34,293 bases of DNA from Acidimicrobiales bacterium (GTDB taxonomy: Bacteria > Actinomycetota > Acidimicrobiia > Acidimicrobiales > VFJN01): NCBI GenBank assembly GCA_035249805.1, contig DATFFY010000179.1, positions 1-34,293 of the forward strand, read 5' to 3'. The first letter of the stretch is position 1; each line of letters opens with the position of its first letter. The position numbers and the translations under genes are program-made. Shown piece after piece: positions 28,118-34,293 of the stretch. The notes under the pieces were generated by a model. The model was not told the origin of the DNA, ran no database searches, and was given only the letters and a program-made list of their open reading frames with translations.

Positions 28118-30406
28118 TCAGGCGAGCTCCGCCTGGAAGCGGCGGAGGCGGAGGCTGTTGGTGACGACGAACAGGCTCGATCCGGCCATCGCGAGGCCGG
28201 CGAGCATCGGGTTGAGCAGGCCCGCCGCGGCGAGCGGGACCGCGGCGACGTTGTAGGCGAAGGCCCAGAAGAGGTTGCCCTTGATCGTGGCGAGCGTCCG
28301 GCGGGAGAGGCGGATCGCGTCGGCTGCGGACCGCAGGTCGCCCCGCACGAGCGTCAGGTCGCTGGCCTCGATCGCCACGTCGGTGCCGGTGCCCATCGCG
28401 AGCCCGAGGTCGGCCTGGGCCAGCGCGGCGGCGTCGTTCACACCGTCGCCGACCATCGCGACCACCCGGCCCTGCTCCTGGAGCGAGCGGACCACGGCGA
28501 CCTTGTCCGCGGGCAGCACCTCGGCGCTGACCCGCTCGATGCCCACCTCGTCCGCGACTGCTCGCGCCGTGCGCTCGTTGTCGCCGGTGAGGAGGATCGG
28601 CTCGAGGCCGAGCTCGCGCAGGCGGGCGACGGCGGCGGCCGACGTGGGCTTCACCGTGTCGGCCACGACGAGCACGGCCCGCGCCGCGCCGTCCCAACCG
28701 ACGAGCACGGCCGTGCGGCCGGCCTCCTCCGCGGCAGCGCGGCCGGCGGCGAGGGTGGGGGAGAGGTGCAGCGACCAGTCGGCCAGGAACCGCTCGCGCC
28801 CCACCACGACCGCGTGGCCGTCGACGACGCCCTGCACCCCGAGCCCCTCCGTGCTGGCGAAGGACTCCACGGGCACGAGCTCGACGCCCGCGGCGACGGC
28901 GCCGGCGGCGATGGCCTGCGCGATCGGGTGCTCGCTGGCGTGCTCGAGGGAGCCCGCCAGGCGCAGCGCCTCCGCCTCGGACGCACCGTCGGTCACGACC
29001 TCCACGAGTCCCATCCGGCCGGTCGTGACCGTGCCCGTCTTGTCGAGGACGATCGTGTCGACCCGGCGCGTCGACTCCAGCACCTCGGGCCCCTTGATGA
29101 GGATGCCGAGCTGAGCGCCGCGTCCGGTCCCGACGAGCAGGGCCATGGGGGTGGCCAGACCGAGCGCGCACGGGCAGGCGATGATCAGCACGGCCACCGC
29201 GGCGGTGAACGCGACGGTCGCGCTGTCGGTGGCGGCGGCGGTGACCCAGAAGCCGAGGGTGGCGGCGGCCAGCACCATGACGATCGGCACGAAGATGGCG
29301 GAGACCCGGTCGGCCAGGCGCTGGACCGGCGCCTTGCCGCTCTGGGCGTCCTCCACGAGGCGAGCCATCTGCGCGAGCGCGGTGTCCGCGCCGACCCGGG
29401 TGGCCTCGATCACGAGGCGGCCGGAGCGGTTGACCGTCGCACCGGTGACGCCGTCGCCCGGCCCGACCTCGACGGGGACCGGCTCGCCGGTGACGAGGGA
29501 GGTGTCGATGGCGGAGGTGCCCTCGACCACGACGCCGTCGGTGGCGATCTTCTCGCCCGGGCGCACGACGAAGCCGTCGCCCACCTGCAGCTGCTCGATC
29601 GGGACGCGGACCTCGTCGCCGTCGCGCAGGAGGGCGACGTCCTTCGCACCGAGCTCGAGCAGCGCGCGGAGCGCGGCACCGGACCGGCGCTTGGCCTTCG
29701 CCTCCGCGTAGCGGCCGGCGAGGATGAACGCGGTCACCCCGGCGGCCACCTCGAGGTAGATCTGGCTGTCGCCGGCGCCCCGCTCCGCGGTGAGCGAGAA
29801 GCCGTGCTCCATGCCGATGATCCCGGCGTCGCCGAGGAAGAGGGCGTAGAGCGACCAGCCGAAGGCGGCGAGCGTGCCGACGGAGATGAGGGTGTCCATC
29901 GTCGCCGCGCCGTGGCGCAGGTTCACCCAGGTGGCGCGGTGGAAGGGCCACGCGCCCCAGGTCACGACCGGCGCGGCCAGCGTGAGGCTCAGCCACTGCC
30001 ACGCGTCGAACTGCAGCGCGGGGACCATCGACACCAGGACCACCGGCACGGTGAGCGCGGTGACCAGGAGCAGCCGGTCCCGGAGGGCGCGGGTCTCGTC
30101 CGCACCCGGGACGGCGCCGTGGTGGGCGTGCGGATCCGCGTCGGCCTCGGCGTGCGCGGCATGGGCGGGAGCGGGCACGTGGGCGCGGTAGCCGAGCTCC
30201 TCGACCTCGGCCACGAGCTGCTCCGGCCCGACCTCGGGACCGTGGTGCACCTGCACCCGCTCGGTCGCGAAGTTCACGGTCGCCGTCACGCCCTCGAGCC
30301 GGTTGAGCTTCTTCTCGATGCGGGCCGCGCACGAGGCGCAGGTCATCCCGACGATGTCCAGGTCGGTCTTCTCGGTCGGGGCCTCGGTGTGGGTCTCAGT
30401 GGTCAT
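28118..30406 (-). CDS. copA: copper-translocating P1B-type ATPase
   Basis: 762 codons from [13 protein letters not shown]. It has one N-terminal GMTCASC metal-binding domain, a His-rich linker, a CPC transmembrane motif ([11 protein letters not shown]), the DKTGT phosphorylation site and [18 protein letters not shown] Shine-Dalgarno upstream. Confidence 0.93.
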   Translation of the reverse strand: MTTETHTEAPTEKTDLDIVGMTCASCAARIEKKLNRLEGVTATVNFATERVQVHHGPEVGPEQLVAEVEELGYRAHVPAPAHAAHAEADADPHAHHGAVPGADETRALRDRLLLVTALTVPVVLVSMVPALQFDAWQWLSLTLAAPVVTWGAWPFHRATWVNLRHGAATMDTLISVGTLAAFGWSLYALFLGDAGIIGMEHGFSLTAERGAGDSQIYLEVAAGVTAFILAGRYAEAKAKRRSGAALRALLELGAKDVALLRDGDEVRVPIEQLQVGDGFVVRPGEKIATDGVVVEGTSAIDTSLVTGEPVPVEVGPGDGVTGATVNRSGRLVIEATRVGADTALAQMARLVEDAQSGKAPVQRLADRVSAIFVPIVMVLAAATLGFWVTAAATDSATVAFTAAVAVLIIACPCALGLATPMALLVGTGRGAQLGILIKGPEVLESTRRVDTIVLDKTGTVTTGRMGLVEVVTDGASEAEALRLAGSLEHASEHPIAQAIAAGAVAAGVELVPVESFASTEGLGVQGVVDGHAVVVGRERFLADWSLHLSPTLAAGRAAAEEAGRTAVLVGWDGAARAVLVVADTVKPTSAAAVARLRELGLEPILLTGDNERTARAVADEVGIERVSAEVLPADKVAVVRSLQEQGRVVAMVGDGVNDAAALAQADLGLAMGTGTDVAIEASDLTLVRGDLRSAADAIRLSRRTLATIKGNLFWAFAYNVAAVPLAAAGLLNPMLAGLAMAGSSLFVVTNSLRLRRFQAELA

Positions 30407-30593
30407 GGTCGTCTCCCCCGAGGAACGAGCCGCCCTCGGTGGTGGTCGTGGTGGACGGGGTGTGCTCGACCACGTGCTCCTCGTCGTCGCCGACGTCGAT
30501 GGGGCCGCTGGCCTCGCCGATCGCCGCGCCGGCGCCGAAGGCGGCACCCAGGGCGAGCGTGAACGCCGCGAGCTTCACGGTGGTGGTTGCCAT
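30396..30593 (-). CDS. small exported or membrane-anchored His/Asp-rich protein, first gene of the cop operon
   Basis: 65 codons: [67 protein letters not shown]3 is coding-like. The ATG sits 7 nt after the -10 box (leaderless), and the 3' end overlaps the copA start by 11 nt. There are no Cys, so it is not a CopZ. Confidence 0.55.
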   Translation of the reverse strand: MATTTVKLAAFTLALGAAFGAGAAIGEASGPIDVGDDEEHVVEHTPSTTTTTEGGSFLGGDDHDH

Positions 30594-30600
30594 GTCCCGT

Positions 30601-30629
30601 ACCCTATACCCCCATGGGGTATCTGGCAA
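30601..30629 (-). promoter_or_regulatory. cop promoter with embedded CsoR operator
   Basis: The minus strand reads TTGCCA-(17 nt)-TAGGGT. The spacer holds ATACCCC-CAT-GGGGTAT (30606-30622), a perfect 7-bp inverted repeat matching the TACCCC-N3-GGGGTA CsoR box known from Streptomyces and Bacillus. Only 7 nt separate the -10 box from the ATG. Confidence 0.72.
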
Positions 30630-30637
30630 TCCCTCCG

Positions 30638-32536
30638 TCAGCTCCCTGCGGGATCGAGCTCCGCTCGGAGGAGGGTGCGGTAGAGGTCGGCGTAGAGGCC
30701 GCCCACGGCCATGAGGTCGCCGTGGGTGCCCCGCTCGACCAGGCGGCCCTCGTCGAGGACGAGGATCTGGTCCGCGGTCGTGATCGTCGACAGGCGGTGG
30801 GCGATCACGAGGCTCGTCCGGCCGACGAGCGCGCCGGCCAGGGCCTCCTGCACGAGCTGCTCGTTCTCGGCGTCGAGGTGGCTCGTCGCCTCGTCGAGGA
30901 TGACGATGGCCGGGTCCTTCAGGAGCATCCGGGCGATCGCGATCCGCTGCTTCTCGCCGCCCGACAGGCGGTGGCCCCGGTCGCCCACGAGCGTGTCGAA
31001 GCCGTCGGGCAGCGAGGCCACGAGCTCGTCGATCTGCGCCGCCCGGGCCGCGGCCCACAGCTCGTCGTCGGTGGCGTCGGGGCGGGCGTAGCGCAGGTTC
31101 TCCCGGATGCTGGCGTGGAACAGGTGCGGCTCCTGGCTCACCACGCCGACGGCCTCGCGCAGGCTCTCCTGGGTGAGGTCGCGGACGTCGGTGCCGTCGA
31201 TGCGGACCGCGCCATCGGTGACGTCGTAGAGCCGGGGGACGAGCGAGGCGAGGGTGGTCTTGCCCGCGCCCGACGGCCCGACGAGCGCGACGAGCTGGCC
31301 GGGCTCGATCGAGGCGGTGACCCCGGCGAGGACCACGGGTCGCTCGGCGGGGCCCGTGCCGTCGTCGTCCGCCGGGGCCGTGCCGTTCGCCTGGGTGGGC
31401 TCGAGGCTCGCCACGATGGCGTCGGCCGGGTACGCGAACCCGACGTGGTCGAGCTCGATGCGGCCGCGCGGGTGGGCGAGCGCCGCGGCACCGGGCCGGT
31501 CGACGATCGGGTTGGGCGCATCCAGGACCTCGAACACCCGCTCGAACGACACGAGCGCGGTCATGACGTCCACGCGCGCGTTGGTGAGGGCCGTGAGCGG
31601 GTTGTAGATCCGGCCCACGAACGTCGCGAGGGCGACGAGCGTGCCGAGCGACATCGACCCGTCGATGACCTGGTGGCCGCCCACCCAGTACACGGCGGCG
31701 GCGGCGAGGGACCCCACGAGGCCGAGGGCGACGTAGAACGTGCGGCCCAGCACGGCAGAGCGCACGCCGACGTCCCGGAGGCCGTCGGCCTGCGCGCCGA
31801 ACCGGGCCGACTCGCGCCGGGGGTTGCCGAACAGCTTGACCAGCAGGGCGCCCGACACGTTGAAGCGCTCGGTCATCGTGCTGCTCATGTCCGCGTTGAG
31901 CTGCATCTGGCGGCGGGTGAGCTTCTGCAGCCGGCCGCCCACCCGCTTGGCCGGCACGAGGAACAGGGGCAGCAGCACGAGGGCGATGACGGCGAGCCGC
32001 CACTCCAGGAACACGATCGCGGCGCCGTTCGTGATCAGCAGGACCACGTTCGACACGACCGACCCAAGGGTGCCGGTGACCGCCCGCTGCGCCCCCAGCA
32101 CGTCGTTGCTCAGCCGGCTCGTGAGCGCGCCGGTGTCGCTCCGGGTGAAGAACGACATCGGCATGCCCTGCACGTGGTCGAACAGCGCCACGCGCAGGTC
32201 GTGGATGAGCCCCTCGCCGATGCGCGAGGACAGGTAGCGCTCGGCCAGCGCCATCCCGGCGTCGGCCAGGGCGGCACCCACGATGAGGAGGGCCAGCCCG
32301 TTGAGCAGGCCGGTGTCGCCGTTCGGGATCGCGTCGTCGAGGATCTCCCGGAACAGCAGCGGCGGTACGAGGCTGAGCACCGCGGCCGCGACGATGACGA
32401 ACAGGAAGCCGGCGATGAACCGGCGGTAGGGCCGGGCGAAGCGCCACGCCCGGCGCACGACGGTCCGGTCGAGCGTCGCGCCGTCGACGGCCGACGGGTC
32501 ACCGTGCCCGAGCAGGTAGGGGGGTCCACCTCGCAT
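30638..32536 (-). CDS. ABC exporter, fused permease and ATPase (MsbA/type I exporter-like)
   Basis: 632 codons from MRGGPPYLLG; the upstream part of the track ORF is unlikely to be translated. It has six N-terminal transmembrane segments, Walker A GPSGAGKTT, the signature LSGGEKQR and Walker B VILDEATS. Confidence 0.87.
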   Translation of the reverse strand: MRGGPPYLLGHGDPSAVDGATLDRTVVRRAWRFARPYRRFIAGFLFVIVAAAVLSLVPPLLFREILDDAIPNGDTGLLNGLALLIVGAALADAGMALAERYLSSRIGEGLIHDLRVALFDHVQGMPMSFFTRSDTGALTSRLSNDVLGAQRAVTGTLGSVVSNVVLLITNGAAIVFLEWRLAVIALVLLPLFLVPAKRVGGRLQKLTRRQMQLNADMSSTMTERFNVSGALLVKLFGNPRRESARFGAQADGLRDVGVRSAVLGRTFYVALGLVGSLAAAAVYWVGGHQVIDGSMSLGTLVALATFVGRIYNPLTALTNARVDVMTALVSFERVFEVLDAPNPIVDRPGAAALAHPRGRIELDHVGFAYPADAIVASLEPTQANGTAPADDDGTGPAERPVVLAGVTASIEPGQLVALVGPSGAGKTTLASLVPRLYDVTDGAVRIDGTDVRDLTQESLREAVGVVSQEPHLFHASIRENLRYARPDATDDELWAAARAAQIDELVASLPDGFDTLVGDRGHRLSGGEKQRIAIARMLLKDPAIVILDEATSHLDAENEQLVQEALAGALVGRTSLVIAHRLSTITTADQILVLDEGRLVERGTHGDLMAVGGLYADLYRTLLRAELDPAGS

Positions 32537-32639
32537 CGGACCGAGCGTACGGTCGCCCGAGCCGTTCGCGTTCGGGGCACGGGCAGCCCGGATCGGCGCG
32601 CTGCTGCCCCCAACGCGCGGTGTCGCCGAGGTTGGGGGC

Positions 32640-33521
32640 GTGACGGTGCCGATTCGGCGCCTCGATGCGCCCAACCCCCGTCGTACGCTGCCGGCCGTGG
32701 ACGGGTGGGTGGAGGCGAACCGGGCCAACTGGGACGAGCGCGTCGGCATCCACGTCGCGTCCGAGTTCTACGGCGTCGAGGCGTGGCTGGCCGGCGACCG
32801 GATGCCCCGCCCCAGGGAGCTCGCCGCCATCGGCGACGTGCGTGGGCTCGACGTCGTGCACCTCCAGTGCCACTTCGGCCTCGACACGCTGGCGCTGGCC
32901 CAGGCGGGCGCTCGGGTCACCGGCGTCGACCTCGCGCCCTCGGGGATCGCCCAGGCTCGGGCGCTGGCCGACCGGGCCGGCCTGTCCGACCGGGCCCGGT
33001 TCGTGGAGGCCGACGTGCTCGAGGCGGCTCGGGTGCTGGCGCCGGACACCTTCGACTTGGTCTACGTCAGCCTCGGCGCCCTCTGCTGGCTGCCTCGCGT
33101 CGAGGTGTGGGCCGACCAGGTCGCCGCCCTCCTGCGGCCCGGCGGCCGGCTGTTCGTCCACGACTCGCACCCGCTGTCGCAGGTGCTGACGTACGACGTG
33201 CCGGTGGTGCCGGAGTACACGTACTTCGAGGAGCCCGACCGGCCCTGGGTCGAGGACAGCGAGCGCACCTACACCGACGGCGACACGCCCCTGACCAACA
33301 CCCGCTCGTACCAATGGAACCACTCGCTCGGCGAGGTCGTCACCGCGCTCCTGGACCGCGGCCTGCGCCTCGACCGCCTGGAGGAGCACGACTGGACCGC
33401 GTTCCAGCGGTTCCCGTGGCTCGTCCAGACCGCCGACCAGCGCTGGGAGACGCCCCCCGGCTTCGTCCGCCTCCCCCTCAGCTACACCCTGATGGCCACC
33501 AAGCCCGAGGCGAGTGCATAG
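32640..33521 (+). CDS. class I SAM-dependent methyltransferase
   Basis: 293 aa with a GTG start (alternative GTG at 32697). NRANWDERV...VVHLQCHFGLDTLALAQAGARVTGVDLAP...DLVYVS is a Rossmann methyltransferase layout. The substrate is unknown. Confidence 0.78.
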   Translation: MTVPIRRLDAPNPRRTLPAVDGWVEANRANWDERVGIHVASEFYGVEAWLAGDRMPRPRELAAIGDVRGLDVVHLQCHFGLDTLALAQAGARVTGVDLAPSGIAQARALADRAGLSDRARFVEADVLEAARVLAPDTFDLVYVSLGALCWLPRVEVWADQVAALLRPGGRLFVHDSHPLSQVLTYDVPVVPEYTYFEEPDRPWVEDSERTYTDGDTPLTNTRSYQWNHSLGEVVTALLDRGLRLDRLEEHDWTAFQRFPWLVQTADQRWETPPGFVRLPLSYTLMATKPEASA

Positions 33522-33769
33522 GTCCGACGGACGCCAGCCCGAGTCCACGTGTCCGACATCCCGGACCCATCCACTCGCCCACCCCACCCCCGGACCCATC
33601 AACTCGCGCAGGAAACGTCGCGAGCCAGGGGATGCCGGCGCGCCGGTCCAGCGGACGCGGGCCGAGGCCGGTGGAGCGGATGTGAGCCACCGCAGGTCCA
33701 GCCGACGCGGGGCGCCGCAGGCGCCCTCGCCAGCAAGCACAGTCGGAGAGCTCTCCGCTCCCAAAGACG

Positions 33770-33813
33770 GGAGGACGCGCCGCCACGGCGATCCGAGTGC
33801 GGTCACGTCCTCC
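33770..33813 (-). terminator. hairpin plus U-tract downstream of tRNA-Ser
   Basis: The minus strand reads GGAGGACG-(28-nt loop with an inner CGCCG/CGGCG stem)-CGTCCTCC followed by CGUCUUUGGG. It begins 9 nt after the tRNA 3' end. Confidence 0.5.
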
Positions 33814-33821
33814 GTGGTGAG

Positions 33822-33908
33822 CGGAGAGCGTGGGATTCGAACCCACGGTGACCCGAAAGCCACAACGGTTTTCGAGACCGTCCCATTCGTCCGCTCTGGC
33901 AGCTCTCC
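33822..33908 (-). tRNA. tRNA-Ser (anticodon CGA)
   Basis: It folds by hand. Acceptor stem GGAGAGC/GCUCUCC plus discriminator G; anticodon stem ACGGU/ACCGU with loop CUCGAAA; a long variable arm; T-arm GUGGG-UUCGAAU-CCCAC. CCA is not encoded. Confidence 0.92.
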
Positions 33909-33950
33909 GTCGGCCACGTTACCGGCCGGGACCCGGCGACCTCCAAGGCG

Positions 33951-34293
33951 CTACACGCGACGGGGGGCGAAGAACTCCTCGAGGAGCGCGGTCGCGGCTT
34001 GCGCCTCGATGCCGTGGGTCACGGTGATCTCGTGGTTGAGCCGCGGGTCGACGCAGAGGTTGTAGAGCGTGCCGCACGCCCCGGCGTCGCTGTTGGCCGC
34101 GCCGTACACGACCCGATCGATGCGGGCGGCGAGCATCGCGCCCGCGCACATGGGGCAGGGCTCGAGCGTGACGTAGAGCGTGGCTCCGTCGAGCCGCCAG
34201 GACCCGACTGCCGCCGCGGCCTGGCGCAGGGCGAGGACCTCCGCGTGGGCGGTGGGGTCGCCGAGCTCCTCGCGGCGGTTGCCCACGGCGGCG
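33951..34293 (-). CDS. tadA: tRNA-specific adenosine deaminase, C-terminal part (5' end beyond the window)
   Basis: [12 protein letters not shown] (HAE zinc ligand) and [15 protein letters not shown] (PCxxC) are present. The reading frame stays open to the window edge. It is adjacent to tRNA-Ser, as in many Gram-positive genomes. Confidence 0.88.
   Translation of the reverse strand, partial: AAVGNRREELGDPTAHAEVLALRQAAAAVGSWRLDGATLYVTLEPCPMCAGAMLAARIDRVVYGAANSDAGACGTLYNLCVDPRLNHEITVTHGIEAQAATALLEEFFAPRRV

Noticed and set aside
28766-30562. 598-aa plus-strand ORF, plus the N-terminal extensions of track ORFs 27819..30332 and 28118..30547
   Set aside because: They are antisense or out of frame relative to copA/csoR. 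The real starts are set by Shine-Dalgarno sequences and by the onset of family motifs.
30587-33685. 1032-aa plus-strand ORF
   Set aside because: It is antisense to the ABC exporter and out of frame across the methyltransferase. Shadow ORF.
33522-33821. SRP (4.5S/ffs) RNA, expected by analogy to the tadA / tRNA-Ser / scr-ffs neighbourhoods of other Gram-positives
   Set aside because: I could not find the invariant domain IV signature (GGAA tetraloop context with GGAAGCAGC) on either strand. The CAGGUCC and AGCAAGCA pieces are too far apart. An Infernal scan would settle it.
33822-33908. tRNA-Ser as the attachment site of an integrated element covering the cop/ABC/methyltransferase region
   Set aside because: There is no integrase, excisionase or transposase in the window. 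I did not see a second copy of the tRNA 3' segment; only an 8-nt CGGAGAGC match at 33744.

Overview
Very GC-rich actinobacterial-type chromosomal segment; third codon positions are almost all G/C, so the six-frame track is full of long antisense shadow ORFs. I support about 33 protein genes and one tRNA. I saw no rRNA, CRISPR array, transposase or integrase. Left to right: (1) two divergent amidohydrolase operons around a KstR-type palindrome, followed by a bacterial lipase-maturation-factor homologue. (2) A steroid ring C/D (HIP)-type CoA-ester cluster on the minus strand: echA20-like, ipdA-like and ipdB-like genes, then ipdC-like, an alpha/beta acyl-CoA dehydrogenase pair and a thiolase. This cluster is split by three plus-strand MFS transporter genes, two of them tandem paralogues. 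(3) A DtxR-family regulator translationally coupled to an H+-pyrophosphatase that carries an unusual C-terminal extension. (4) An acidic lipoprotein with two cupredoxin-like domains. (5) A DUF35/SCP2-thiolase pair. (6) An XRE-HTH plus minimal nucleotidyltransferase two-gene module with twin operators. (7) A VOC enzyme and an ACAD-SDR-MaoC cassette. (8) A copper operon (small His/Asp-rich protein, copA, csoR) with a textbook CsoR box inside a leaderless promoter. (9) An ABC exporter, a SAM methyltransferase, tRNA-Ser(CGA) and a truncated tadA. The most interesting signal is a perfect CTGAC-N5-GTCAG palindrome at the 5' end of all four acyl-CoA catabolic operons. It matches neither the KstR nor the KstR2 consensus, and no cognate regulator gene lies in the window. 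All protein family calls come from reading motifs and synteny by eye; no database search was run.
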